IMG/VR virus record: IMGVR_UViG_3300025305_000017
Coordinates: 1 to 61,126 of that record
Direction: 5' to 3' (one strand)
Length of the DNA stretch: 61,126 nt
Origin: a virus
Lineage: Duplodnaviria > Caudoviricetes
The translations under genes and the position numbers were made by a program. The notes below the pieces were generated by a model. It had not been told where the DNA came from. It saw only the letters and a list, made by a program, of their open reading frames with translations, and searched no databases. This document shows, piece by piece, positions 34,653 through 45,279 of the stretch. Each line of letters begins with the position of its first letter. Within the stretch, counting starts at the first letter, position 1.

Positions 34653-36763
34653 GCAACCCCTACTTCTTCAAAGACTTCCTCAACCCCTTCCTCGCCTATG
34701 TAGTTGGGGCGCTTGATAGTTCCATGTGCCATCATCCTTAGCTTATTGCGCGCCGCATCCAACCGCCTAGCTCCTGCCTCGGTATTGCCGTCACCGGCCA
34801 ATGCCACATCATCGGCAGACCAGATGTGTTCACCGCTGCTCACATTAATCGCCTCCCTGCCGTCGATGTTACCTCGCCGCAAGTCGTCACGGCCACCGTC
34901 TGCACCACGAACAAGGCCCTCGTGCGCACGACCCAACCCCCTTGCGCGCTCTTCCTGTATAATTATACGGCGCAGTCCCTCGAAAGCACCGGGACCAAAG
35001 ACCTCGGCAAAGCGGGTGATAGCTATTTCAGGCTCTGGATGGTCACCTTTTATGGCCGCGATAGCCTGTTGAGTGACATCTTCAATCAAAGCCTCAGCGC
35101 CTCCCGCTATGGGAAGGGAACCAATGCCGCCTTCAGCAAGCTCCGTAGGCGCTTCTACCGGGAGATCGGTTATGCTGCCCTCGACCTCTTCAACTGTTTC
35201 GGTCTCTTCAACCTCGTCATCAATGGGGAGAGACTGAAGGCCGCCAGCTTGAGCGTATTGCGTGTAACCCAAACGATGGGGGTCCATGATATTAGGATAG
35301 AAGAAGCGTCCCTCGGGACCGTAGCCATACTGGGTCAAGTCAGCAGTCTGAGCTAATTGTGTGGGCCGACGGGTGTCGGGCACAAGTCTGGGATCGCGAT
35401 AGGTTCCACCTGTACCTGACGTAGGCAGAGGGCCAGTATACTTAGGTAGCATAGCCTGTTCGGCAGCCATCCCACCCAGTCCACTAAACGCCCCAGCAGC
35501 GGTAAACGGATTATCCAACATAGACGCAGTCATTTTTTGAGCGCCACTTTGAATGCCAGATAGCCCCGAACCCCCAGCAAACTGGGGAGCACCAAAAGTC
35601 CTTTGATAGTCAGCGAGATTATATGACCCAGTCAAGGGATCTGTTCCCTGAGCAACCATTTCTTCTATTGGAAGAAATTGCTGACTGGCTCCAAGACCCC
35701 CCTCACCCACAACTTGACCTGCTTGAAGGCTACCAGCTTTAATTGGCTCATATCCCGTTGGTGCGCCACCTAAAAATTCCGCACCTCCTCTGAAAAGACC
35801 AGCAGTTACTGCCGTCCCTAATCCTGCTAGTAGCCCCTTTTTGAGAGGATCTTCTTCTCCCAGCATATAACTCTGTGCAGCTTGTCCAAGCCCTGCACCA
35901 GCCCCCGTTGCTAAAGCCCCTCCTAACCACCCAGCAGGCCCCAAGGATGCACCCAACATACCCCCTAACAACGGCCCCAAGAAATTCTCAGGCAATCCAG
36001 TATCAGGGTTCCTAGTGACTCCCCCCAGAGAAGCAAGTCCCGCCACTTCATCGGGGCGCATATGCATGAGCATGGTGTCGCCGCCACGTCCTTGGCGCGC
36101 CACCTGTTTGGCTTGGTTGCGTAGCCCCATCAAACCGCCTCCTTGTGCCACTTGGGGCCGATAAAATAAATCACTAGGCAACCCCCTAAAGCCCGCTGTA
36201 GTAAAATCATAACCCTCATACGGCTGCGGGTTAAAAACCTGTGGCCCATAAGGATCACGGTAGGTAGCCGCCTCTTCCAAGGCAGGCAGAGGTGGAGGAC
36301 GCCGTAGTTGAGGTGGGAGAGGTTCATCATCTCGACCCCCAAAGTCTTGCGGTGGCGTTTGCAATCCCAATTGTGCGACAGCCGTCTCCGCATATGGATC
36401 GCCTACACCACGACGCTCTTTAAAACCAAACTGAGGATCATTCTCCGCCCTATATGGACCGAATCCAAAAAAATTCCCAAGCCCTCCGAGCCAACTCTCC
36501 TCCTCAAGTTCCGCTTGAGCAATAGGTAGAGAGAAAGGACGACCCGCACCTTGAAGCCTAGCAGCAGTAGCTGCCTCAATAATATCCCCTACCCCTTCTG
36601 AAGAGAGTCCCCCTGTACCACCACCACCGCCGCCACCATAGTCGACGCCCCAGCCTTCCGGCCCACCATAATCAGCACCAATATCAGCAGGAGCAAACCC
36701 ACCCCCGCCACCAACATCAATGCCGTCCCAATCTGTTCCAGCGCCGCCGATATCTTCTGGCAT
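34649..36763 (-). CDS. Internal virion/ejection protein
   Basis: GRGGDT.L.HM.P.EV..L...GG..RNP.TGLPE; DG..D.....S.GE...AD.V; Gly-rich hydrophobic segments. Confidence 0.65.
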   Translation of the reverse strand: MPEDIGGAGTDWDGIDVGGGGGFAPADIGADYGGPEGWGVDYGGGGGGGTGGLSSEGVGDIIEAATAARLQGAGRPFSLPIAQAELEEESWLGGLGNFFGFGPYRAENDPQFGFKERRGVGDPYAETAVAQLGLQTPPQDFGGRDDEPLPPQLRRPPPLPALEEAATYRDPYGPQVFNPQPYEGYDFTTAGFRGLPSDLFYRPQVAQGGGLMGLRNQAKQVARQGRGGDTMLMHMRPDEVAGLASLGGVTRNPDTGLPENFLGPLLGGMLGASLGPAGWLGGALATGAGAGLGQAAQSYMLGEEDPLKKGLLAGLGTAVTAGLFRGGAEFLGGAPTGYEPIKAGSLQAGQVVGEGGLGASQQFLPIEEMVAQGTDPLTGSYNLADYQRTFGAPQFAGGSGLSGIQSGAQKMTASMLDNPFTAAGAFSGLGGMAAEQAMLPKYTGPLPTSGTGGTYRDPRLVPDTRRPTQLAQTADLTQYGYGPEGRFFYPNIMDPHRLGYTQYAQAGGLQSLPIDDEVEETETVEEVEGSITDLPVEAPTELAEGGIGSLPIAGGAEALIEDVTQQAIAAIKGDHPEPEIAITRFAEVFGPGAFEGLRRIIIQEERARGLGRAHEGLVRGADGGRDDLRRGNIDGREAINVSSGEHIWSADDVALAGDGNTEAGARRLDAARNKLRMMAHGTIKRPNYIGEEGVEEVFEEVGVA

Positions 36764-36771
36764 TGTATTTC

Positions 36772-37068
36772 CTAACTTGTTGTAACCGTTACGGTTCCAA
36801 TTGCACTAGCTGCCGAAACGGAACCTGAGTATCCTACATTAACAAGCACGATCTTCAATGTGCCACTGTCGTTAAAAACAGAACCTGTCGCCAACTGAAA
36901 GCCACTCGTGGGCAAGTCCGTCAGCACCAACGTAGTGCCGCGCAAGGCCCCCGGGTTGGCTACCTGTTGCACGAACGCATTAAGCGTCCTCACCAGATCA
37001 TCGGCATATGCCCTCTCATACCCTTCTGGCGGGGAAGGGAAGACCGGCAGGCCGCCCTTGAAGTTCAT
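36772..37068 (-). CDS. Small virion structural protein
   Basis: Operonic position after the tail nozzle gene; LPTS..L..G.V..D.GTLKIV. Confidence 0.6.
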   Translation of the reverse strand: MNFKGGLPVFPSPPEGYERAYADDLVRTLNAFVQQVANPGALRGTTLVLTDLPTSGFQLATGSVFNDSGTLKIVLVNVGYSGSVSAASAIGTVTVTTS

Positions 37069-39365
37069 CTCCTGCCATCCGGCCTTATGTTAAGGCGCGG
37101 TACTCCCAGCCTCCATTGCACGCCAATCTCGGTGCTCGATACCCTGAGAGCAACGCCGCGCCCTCTAATGCGGACGTGCAACTGGTTGGTGAACTGCTCC
37201 ACAGGGGTGGTAGCAGTACGGGTGGCCGTCTCATCCTGAGATTCATCGTAGGCAGCACCGGGATAGTTACGCGCCTTGATGGTGAACGTCGCCGTGGGGT
37301 CCATAGATGTCGACCCATCGAACGTGAGGTCAGGAAGGACGCGGTCCACGAAACTGACGCTATCCCCCTGCCCTATATCAAACTGAGAGCTTTCAATATA
37401 AGAATCAATAGCGGAGCCATCGTCGTCATTCCCATTCTCGTGGTTATAAAGATAAGGCGAAGCAGTCGTCCCCGTTGCCTGAGGGTAGGTTCTGATGCCC
37501 CTGTCGATCCACGCTGTTCTAGCTAACGACCCATAATACCACAGGTTTTCCCCATAGTTATAGACAACATACGAATCGTTTTCAGTCGCCGTGGACGACG
37601 GATAAAACCATATAACCTCCGTAAACTCTGAATTGACCCCCGCATAGATGGTCCGCAAGAGATTAGCATTAAGGTTGCCGAAGACCTTGAAGCGCACCGC
37701 ACACGGGAGCGCCTGAACGCGCCCATCGTAACGATAGAAGGTATCCCTGCCCATCCAGAAGATGAGGTCGTCGACACTGGCTACGGCATTGGGACCAATA
37801 ATCGTAATGGCCCCCGAAATCTGGGCCAGACCAAACGTATCGGGAGGTCCGAGAAACGTCATCGAATGAAGGGAGGTGTCAGTCCATATCAATATTTCTC
37901 TTTTGGTTTCAACGGCCTTGACGAAAGTAGAACCCGATCCAAGAACCAAATCACCGGCAGTAGTGGTCTCGTCAATATCCCAATTAATCCTGCTGTCCTG
38001 ATCGGACCAACGGACAAGAAGGGGATCTTGAGCAGAAGAACCCACGGCATTGCAACCAAAAGCAATAATGTGGCCGTCCCTATCCGAGGTCAGTATCTGC
38101 TTGGCAACGGTGGGCACGTTGCTGGCGTCCGTCTCAGTCGCCAAATCAACAGCCGCAGTGAGCAGACCGTTGTCCCTTTCCCAGACATAAATAGCGCTAT
38201 CCCTCACGTTAGCAAGAAGGTCTTCGCCATAGTTATCCTGCGACCACAGAGGTAGCTCAGTTCTCACGGCGATCTCCGCAGGATCTCCCCAGCCAATAAA
38301 GGCCCTCGCATCCTGTACAGGTGCGGCATCGGCATGAGTAGCTCCCGTTGTCCCCCTAGTGCCCCGGGTTATTCCAGTGAGATCATTAGTCGAAACACCC
38401 GTATAAGTGATCAGTTCATTATCTACGAGGATCACCCCGAGATAAGTAACAGCATCAGAAGCCGTGTGAGGAGCAGCAGTCGTACCAAAAGCGCCCCGAG
38501 TTAAGTCACTGAATACATTACCAGACAGGGTTTTGTAGCCGATAATCTCTGTGTTAATCGATACCGTTCCGGCTGCCGCAAAGCCTGTCGAGCTAGCCAC
38601 TGTAAACGACGTGTCGGCATCCGTTATACCGTCACTCAAGGTGGTGCTACCCGCAGCAAAGTCAGTAGCGCTCGTCAGGGCAATATTCGACGTGGACGTT
38701 GGACTTGATATCGCGCCGTTTAATGTGGTGGAAACAGCACCAGTAACAGCACCGCCCCACAAGCCAGCACTCCAACCAGTACCGCCAGCGGTCGAAGCAG
38801 GGCCAGTATTGATCTGATACGTCGCTGTGAACGCATCTCCTCCCGAACCAGTTCCGGTCGAGGTTGCGGCACTCCCCACGGTAATGGTGTAAATATTGGC
38901 ATCGGTAACACTTGTTATCTGGTGCTCCGTGTTAAGGTCGGCAGCAAGGATTCCGTTGACCGCACTAAGTCCGGTAAACGTCACAAAGTCATTCTGTATA
39001 GCACCATGTCCTGAATCCGTAACCGTTACCGTCGTCTCCGTGTCAACTGTAGCCAACGCCGCTGCCGTCAATGACGCCGTCCGTCGAATAGGAGTAATGT
39101 CGTAAAACGAAACACCCTCTTGAATATAGAGCTTGAGGTTCGTCCCCACCCCTAAGAAATCAGAGCCATCATTGGCAACCCAATTGTGCAAAGAACGGCA
39201 CGCCCCTTGGAAGGTTGAAGAAGAAACCTTCTGCCAACCACCAAATTTTTCCGGCAGGCCGAAACGAAAGCGAACCATATCCCCATCAAACCACCCTCCC
39301 TCGTTGGCATAGGAAGTCGTCTCCGTCACGATACCGGGGCGGAGGGTGATGTTCTGCAAGGGCAT
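37065..39365 (-). CDS. Tail nozzle / packaged-DNA stabilization protein with inserted beta-rich domains
   Basis: WFDGDMVRFR.GLPEK.GGW, VRWSDQ, C-terminal PDGRR; start at ATG 39365. Confidence 0.75.
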   Translation of the reverse strand: MPLQNITLRPGIVTETTSYANEGGWFDGDMVRFRFGLPEKFGGWQKVSSSTFQGACRSLHNWVANDGSDFLGVGTNLKLYIQEGVSFYDITPIRRTASLTAAALATVDTETTVTVTDSGHGAIQNDFVTFTGLSAVNGILAADLNTEHQITSVTDANIYTITVGSAATSTGTGSGGDAFTATYQINTGPASTAGGTGWSAGLWGGAVTGAVSTTLNGAISSPTSTSNIALTSATDFAAGSTTLSDGITDADTSFTVASSTGFAAAGTVSINTEIIGYKTLSGNVFSDLTRGAFGTTAAPHTASDAVTYLGVILVDNELITYTGVSTNDLTGITRGTRGTTGATHADAAPVQDARAFIGWGDPAEIAVRTELPLWSQDNYGEDLLANVRDSAIYVWERDNGLLTAAVDLATETDASNVPTVAKQILTSDRDGHIIAFGCNAVGSSAQDPLLVRWSDQDSRINWDIDETTTAGDLVLGSGSTFVKAVETKREILIWTDTSLHSMTFLGPPDTFGLAQISGAITIIGPNAVASVDDLIFWMGRDTFYRYDGRVQALPCAVRFKVFGNLNANLLRTIYAGVNSEFTEVIWFYPSSTATENDSYVVYNYGENLWYYGSLARTAWIDRGIRTYPQATGTTASPYLYNHENGNDDDGSAIDSYIESSQFDIGQGDSVSFVDRVLPDLTFDGSTSMDPTATFTIKARNYPGAAYDESQDETATRTATTPVEQFTNQLHVRIRGRGVALRVSSTEIGVQWRLGVPRLNIRPDGRR

Positions 39366-39369
39366 TAAA

Positions 39370-39891
39370 TCAGTCCAGTGGATCGGGCCAGTCGTGCATG
39401 GGAGCGTTGCCGTCATCAGGCGCGACAAACATATTCTTCAGCCCAGTGACTGTCTTCTTTGCGGCAATGGCCTTGGTGATCTTCTTCTCCACCGCCCTCA
39501 CCGCAGCACGATATGTCGCCACGTCATCGGGGATCGCTTCCTCTGTCTCTGTCTGCCTAATGACGTACCAGTCAGTAGACTTCAATAAGCTCAGAGCACT
39601 CTGCGCTGTACGCTCCGTGTGTTTTTTCCTCAACTCATCCATCGGCTTAGGCGTGACGTTGTCCCACACACGCACCACCTTCTCGGATTGGATGTCGTAG
39701 CGCTCTCCCCTGTAAGTGTAGAACTCGCTGTCTTGATGCTGGATCTCCAACGGGAAGACGCCGATGTTGGCAAGCTGGTGTTTGTCCCATGCACGGAAGA
39801 TCGCCGCCGGGTGCTGTATCTCATCAATGGTGATGGCTTGAGCGCCATTGATGATTTTGATGACCTGATTACCCTTACGCACACACCACAT
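39370..39891 (-). CDS. Tail fibre assembly-like protein
   Basis: LL..TDWYV.R..E....IP..V..YR..VR...WP motif. Confidence 0.65.
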   Translation of the reverse strand: MWCVRKGNQVIKIINGAQAITIDEIQHPAAIFRAWDKHQLANIGVFPLEIQHQDSEFYTYRGERYDIQSEKVVRVWDNVTPKPMDELRKKHTERTAQSALSLLKSTDWYVIRQTETEEAIPDDVATYRAAVRAVEKKITKAIAAKKTVTGLKNMFVAPDDGNAPMHDWPDPLD

Positions 39892-39902
39892 AACTCACCT
39901 CG

Positions 39903-40214
39903 CTACGTCTTGTTTGCCTTTACAACTACCTTTTTCAGATGCTCTATCTCGCTCCTGAGCGTGGCTAGTTCTCTGGTATCCTTCTCCAACTTCTCGGGAC
40001 TGAGGATGCTGCTCACTATATCCAGCCTGTGCTTAAACAATCCATTGGACTGTTCGATTGAGTCGAGACGATTATCCAACTCTGTTTTGCTCTTGAACAA
40101 CACCTCCACTCTTTCCAGCAGACCGTTGATCTTGTATTTGGCAATCGCCGCCGATCCTATTATCGCCGCCACCATCGCTGCGAGGGATATGAGATTAGAG
40201 GTTGTAAGCTCCAT
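39903..40214 (-). CDS. Membrane-anchored coiled-coil protein
   Basis: N-terminal TM helix followed by heptad repeats. Confidence 0.55.
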   Translation of the reverse strand: MELTTSNLISLAAMVAAIIGSAAIAKYKINGLLERVEVLFKSKTELDNRLDSIEQSNGLFKHRLDIVSSILSPEKLEKDTRELATLRSEIEHLKKVVVKANKT

Positions 40215-40216
40215 CT

Positions 40217-43200
40217 CTACCTCGCTCTTGCCTGTGCAACTCCTGAACCTCCAAACGGATTTTCCGCAAAGGCAATGTAGATATAATCAGCAGTGTCTGT
40301 ATTTTGGAATGTACTGCGGAGTTTGAATCCATTTGCTAAGAAATCCTGCGTTGCACCTGTATTTGTTCCATCAGTATCATCAACAACTAAAAAATCATCA
40401 AGTGGGTTAAATGGATCTCTCTTATTATCTACTAAGGTATAACTACCAACAGCACTAAACTTTTTCTGAAACAAATAACTAGGACGAAACCCCGTACAGA
40501 CAAACGGACCGTCCGCATCACCATTACCGACATAGCTTCCGAAAGAGGAATATCCTTCAACGGGAAACCACGCATAGAAGACATATTCTTCAACTAAATT
40601 AACAGCATTATTATTTAAATTTTTTGCAAGAGTTATCGTTGTTGAAGATACTGCACTTATATACCCAGCATTTGGAGTTACTTCGGCACCATTATGATCT
40701 ATTTGCAGGATCTTATTAGCGGATAATGAAGTATGCCAAAGAGTCCACGAACTAGACCTCTCAAGAGGTTTCACTATAACCAATTCAGGGGTAACCCCAA
40801 GTCCGTGACCTATCGTAGAAGAGACAGCGGCATTATCACCTGTATAAGTACCCATCGAAAATCCGGCAGCGGTATTTGCCCTGATCGTAGTCGTAATGGC
40901 ACCATCCCCGTTACTGGTTTCCGCACCATCATTCGCCCATTGCCACAGAACATAACTTTCGGCAGACGTATTAACTGCATCCATGTTTCCTATCTGTACA
41001 CCCTGCTGAAGGAATCGTTGTACAGAATTAGTATCGGTATCTTGACCGTCAGTAGTATTACTTTCTACATAATTATAAATTCCAGTTACCCTCGTCTGAA
41101 GGATATGATTATCAGTAGCATCCCGGTTCTTGATCCAAGAGAAGCCGGTGATGCCAGCGGTGTTGGCTGGTAGGTTGTCCTGTTGGAAAGCTAAAAAATC
41201 TGTTGGTGGTGTATATCTGAAATACCCACCGGCAGTAGCATCTAGTGTCGTTGTCGCCCCATCGAAATAACGCCACTGACCGAAATTAAAAGTACAGGTA
41301 TGACTAGCATTAAAAAGCAACTCTATAGCCCATTTCGATATATTCGGACCTCCGAATATTCCCGTTATGGCAGGGTTTGTGCCAGCACTAGGATCACCGC
41401 TACCCATCCACGTATCATTTTTTGCAAACCACATATGTCCCGCATCTAAATCCATTGCGATTTGAAACACATCTCCAGATACATAACCCGTTCCGAAAGT
41501 TGTAAAGTCACCCCTCACATTTTTTTGCCCTGTAGACCCTGATGTAGTACCACCAGCACTATCATAATTTCTGTATCCAAATGCATTTTCGCCATAAATA
41601 CTATTATCCGCAATTAGATTGTTAAGATCAATAATTCCAAATGCCATTGTATTAGCGCCAACCACCATCGTATCTATTCCAATTTCAACATACCATTTTC
41701 CGGTAGAAGCACCCATAAAAGCAGGGCCAGAAGGATTACCCGATGATTGCGTATATGTTAAGTTTCCCTGCGTTAATCCCGCTGCTAGAGGTTGTATCCA
41801 TGATATGCCGGTACTATCCCAACCACCATCCATTACATTAAAGTTCTGTGACGGCGTGTCGTACATCTGGTTGCTGCCGTTGGTGCTGTCCAGATTAGTT
41901 TCGGCCCAATCATTACCTTCACCGGAGGTATCATCACCTAAATTATTTTCAGAAGCATAGGCAAGGTAAGTGCCGTTGGTTCCAAAGGTTAGACCTGAAA
42001 CATCCTTTGGTATCCAACGACCTGTTGAAGTATCAGTCTCACCAAAGCTGGAAGCAGCGTAAGCCGTTCCATCAATAAAAACAGTTTCAGCTAAATATCC
42101 ATCATAGGGTATATCCCCCGCTGGTTCTCGTTGACCTATTCCGTGTTCAACATTGGTTTGTACGCCACCCTCAAAATTTAATGCTGGATTCGTATCCGTT
42201 GAAAAATTGGTAAGTTCCACCCCATCATAATATATCCGAACTCTGTCACCTGCTGTGGCATCGGTAGTATCCCATGTCAGCACGATATTGTGCCATGAAC
42301 TTGTATCTAAAAATAATCGGTCTGTGGCGAGATAAGTAGTACCTCCAGCATTAAATTGAAGTGTATTAGCACTTCCAAATATAAGAACACCAGAATTAGC
42401 TGTGGTTGCACCAGAAGCTGGTTGTGTCCCAAATATGTGTCCGTTAACATCAACTTTCCCTCGTTTTACCCAAGTTGAGAACGTCCACGTTTTTCTATCA
42501 CTAGCATCAAAGGTCCGGCTTAAAAAATCACTGTCACCACTATCAAACCTACAAGAAGCACCAACAGCAAACGTATCGGTGAAGGGTATGAAGTTACCTA
42601 CACGCTGACCAGCGCCGTTGCCTTCATAGAGTATGGGGAGGAACTGATCTGTGGGTTTGGTTATGGTTGGGGCTGCAAGGTTAGCCGTGCATATAGGAAG
42701 ATGGTCTGTAGCTGGAGTATCGTCAAACCCAAATTGTCCGGCGTTAATATTCGATATTGTAGTGCCATTATTAGTAAAATAGAGAGTGTACGGCCCGGTG
42801 GCTAATGTCATGCCAGAATCAGTGAATATATTTGAACCATCGAAAGATCCTGCAATAGTTCCGTTATCAAGATCTATATCCACCGCCACCCGCTGTCCAG
42901 CAGTTACTACCGTCAAACTGCCACTTTGCTCTACACCTCCCAACTGCGTCATTCCATCACCTGAAGAAGGCTTCATGAACCAGTTCCAGTAGCCACTAGC
43001 ACTTGGATTGAAGGTACTGAGAGTGGGTGTTAGTCCAAGTCTATGATGACCACTACCACCAAGAGTTGTCATAACAAATTCTATGTGCCATTTCCCAGTA
43101 AGTATAGGTGTTGTAGTAAGCGGTATAAAAACATCGCCACTGGCTATAGCTATTACTACTTTAGTATTCCCCTCACTCCAAGTCACTTCAGAAGCATAAC

Positions 43201-44032
43201 CACCAGGAGCGGTGTAAATAGAAGACCCTGTACTATAATTCCCAATCGTCGTGCCGCTATCGGTGGGACTGTCGAGGGTTTGGTTTGATGCAGACATACT
43301 AGTTGTTGTAAAGTCGTTATCATTACCAGATACGTCGTTACCTAAATCGGAACTGTCTTCAAAATCCAACCAGAAACCATTTGTACCAAATGTTAAATCT
43401 GTAGGATTAACTGGTATCCAAACTCCATCCGAATTAAATTCCCCAAAATCACTAGGAGACGCTTCCACGCCATCAAGCATTACTGTCTCAGCCATGTACC
43501 CATCAAAAAAAGCATCTGTTAGTGTTGTATTTCCCGGTACTCCTTGAAGCACGGCACTAGAATTAATGTAACCATTAACATCGGCAACAGCTACATCAAC
43601 TGTTGTGGCTGTCTGCACAATTCCATTTATATAAAACCTTACTCTGGTATTAGCCGCATCTTTCGTCACCATGTAATGTGACCAAGCAGTTGGATCTCGT
43701 TGAATTGCGGTACAATATATTTTACCTTTTTCTACACTCCCAACAGTTACATCCCACGCAAACCGTAAAGCAGAACTCACGGCTCTAAAAGAAAGACGTT
43801 CAAAATCATTCCCTGAAGTTCCGGCAATATAAAAATTACCTTCATTGGTGAAGTCCGATCCCAACTTCATCCACGTTGAAAAAGTAAACACCTTTAAATT
43901 ATCTGCTGAACTCCCCGGCGTATAAGTCATAACGTCGTTAGTACCGTCATACCATACTGAGTTATCAATCGTATAGGCAGCAGCAACAGTAGTGCCGCTA
44001 AAGAAGCTGCTTGATCCAAAAGGTCCAGACAT
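40217..44032 (-). CDS. Receptor-binding/tail fibre protein with two LamG-SPRY repeats
   Basis: Duplicated FTFSTW.K, GY.AETV..DG....S.FGE...G.WIP...LTFGTNG..L and GKWY.E motifs. Confidence 0.8.
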   Translation of the reverse strand: MSGPFGSSSFFSGTTVAAAYTIDNSVWYDGTNDVMTYTPGSSADNLKVFTFSTWMKLGSDFTNEGNFYIAGTSGNDFERLSFRAVSSALRFAWDVTVGSVEKGKIYCTAIQRDPTAWSHYMVTKDAANTRVRFYINGIVQTATTVDVAVADVNGYINSSAVLQGVPGNTTLTDAFFDGYMAETVMLDGVEASPSDFGEFNSDGVWIPVNPTDLTFGTNGFWLDFEDSSDLGNDVSGNDNDFTTTSMSASNQTLDSPTDSGTTIGNYSTGSSIYTAPGGYASEVTWSEGNTKVVIAIASGDVFIPLTTTPILTGKWHIEFVMTTLGGSGHHRLGLTPTLSTFNPSASGYWNWFMKPSSGDGMTQLGGVEQSGSLTVVTAGQRVAVDIDLDNGTIAGSFDGSNIFTDSGMTLATGPYTLYFTNNGTTISNINAGQFGFDDTPATDHLPICTANLAAPTITKPTDQFLPILYEGNGAGQRVGNFIPFTDTFAVGASCRFDSGDSDFLSRTFDASDRKTWTFSTWVKRGKVDVNGHIFGTQPASGATTANSGVLIFGSANTLQFNAGGTTYLATDRLFLDTSSWHNIVLTWDTTDATAGDRVRIYYDGVELTNFSTDTNPALNFEGGVQTNVEHGIGQREPAGDIPYDGYLAETVFIDGTAYAASSFGETDTSTGRWIPKDVSGLTFGTNGTYLAYASENNLGDDTSGEGNDWAETNLDSTNGSNQMYDTPSQNFNVMDGGWDSTGISWIQPLAAGLTQGNLTYTQSSGNPSGPAFMGASTGKWYVEIGIDTMVVGANTMAFGIIDLNNLIADNSIYGENAFGYRNYDSAGGTTSGSTGQKNVRGDFTTFGTGYVSGDVFQIAMDLDAGHMWFAKNDTWMGSGDPSAGTNPAITGIFGGPNISKWAIELLFNASHTCTFNFGQWRYFDGATTTLDATAGGYFRYTPPTDFLAFQQDNLPANTAGITGFSWIKNRDATDNHILQTRVTGIYNYVESNTTDGQDTDTNSVQRFLQQGVQIGNMDAVNTSAESYVLWQWANDGAETSNGDGAITTTIRANTAAGFSMGTYTGDNAAVSSTIGHGLGVTPELVIVKPLERSSSWTLWHTSLSANKILQIDHNGAEVTPNAGYISAVSSTTITLAKNLNNNAVNLVEEYVFYAWFPVEGYSSFGSYVGNGDADGPFVCTGFRPSYLFQKKFSAVGSYTLVDNKRDPFNPLDDFLVVDDTDGTNTGATQDFLANGFKLRSTFQNTDTADYIYIAFAENPFGGSGVAQARAR

Positions 44033-44033
44033 T

Positions 44034-45272
44034 TTAGGTCACATTCGCTAACGCTAACTGTGGAGTGCCGAGAGCTATCTTGTCAGCAGCCCAGCAGAAG
44101 TAGGGGATGACATCGATTGCCGATGCCGCTGTTGAGATCGTAAGACTGGCACCGGGAGCATAAAACTGAGTACCAATAGAAAGCGTTCTCGATCCCGATC
44201 CATCCTGCTCGAAGATGATCACCCCCGATTGCCCGATGCTTTCCGTCGTTGGGTTAGACAGCGTCACGTTGCCGGTGGCCGTCAAATAGAAGTTCTGGTA
44301 GGTATCGAAGTCGAGTGTCGTAGCGCCTGTAGTGGTGGCATCAACAAACACACTTGCATAAGCGCTATTGGCAAAGGCCACCTTACCACTGGATACGATG
44401 CGCATGACTTCGGCGGCAGTGGCTCCCCCTTTCATGGTTTTAAAGACCATGTCGAAGTCTTCTGCCGTAGACGTTACGTCGGTCGTCAGCGACTGAATGA
44501 CGCCCCCCGTCTCGTTATTACCAGCACCAGTCTCGGTGATGAAATCCATGCCCACACCGATACCGGCAGCGGGCGATCCACTACTGGTGCGTGTCAAGGT
44601 GAGGGGATTGAGGACGGTAGTGGTGCCAGAATCCTCTTTACTCAAAACAGCCCCGGCGCTTCCCGTGATGCCACTGGTAACGGCAAGGGTAGAACTCAAT
44701 GTCGTCGCTGCCGTGACGCCCAGCGTCGAGCTAAGAGTTGCCCCACTGGTAACAGCCAGCGTACTCCCTAGGGTAGCTGCCCCGTCAATGGCAGCCGCTC
44801 CGGTGCATTCAAGAGTGGCTATCTGAAGATCGGCCAAGGCATCCAAAACCGCAGCCCCAGCACCTGCACCGTCGCAGTATACGGCTACATTCTTGCCATT
44901 CTGGATAGTGACGTTGGCTCCAGCCCCCTGAGATACGTCTATGGTGCGGCTGGCAGAGAGGGCGTTCTCCATAATAAACCACGCCGTCGTCGTATTGGGT
45001 TCGATGGTGACAGTGCAATTTCCTCCAATATCCCCCGAATCCGCGAACTTGAGAACACGAAACATCCCAGCTTGAACATTGGATGTACCGCTGCCCGGCG
45101 AAGCCTCGCGCACAGTAAGAGTGTGGGATGTGCTGGACACCGTCACTGGAGAATACGCAGCGATCCGATCTATGATGTCCCAGTTGTAATTGGAGGTGGT
45201 TCCCCAAGTGCCAGCTTGGTCGCCACTCCCCATTTCCTCAATGCCTAAGTTGGTCGTGTATGAACTTGCCAT
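44034..45272 (-). CDS. Proximal tail fibre protein
   Basis: MASSY..LGIE....G...GTWG..N.N start; Thr/Ser-rich repeats; QD..GSRTL C-terminal motif. Confidence 0.7.
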   Translation of the reverse strand: MASSYTTNLGIEEMGSGDQAGTWGTTSNYNWDIIDRIAAYSPVTVSSTSHTLTVREASPGSGTSNVQAGMFRVLKFADSGDIGGNCTVTIEPNTTTAWFIMENALSASRTIDVSQGAGANVTIQNGKNVAVYCDGAGAGAAVLDALADLQIATLECTGAAAIDGAATLGSTLAVTSGATLSSTLGVTAATTLSSTLAVTSGITGSAGAVLSKEDSGTTTVLNPLTLTRTSSGSPAAGIGVGMDFITETGAGNNETGGVIQSLTTDVTSTAEDFDMVFKTMKGGATAAEVMRIVSSGKVAFANSAYASVFVDATTTGATTLDFDTYQNFYLTATGNVTLSNPTTESIGQSGVIIFEQDGSGSRTLSIGTQFYAPGASLTISTAASAIDVIPYFCWAADKIALGTPQLALANVT

Positions 45273-45279
45273 TTTTACC

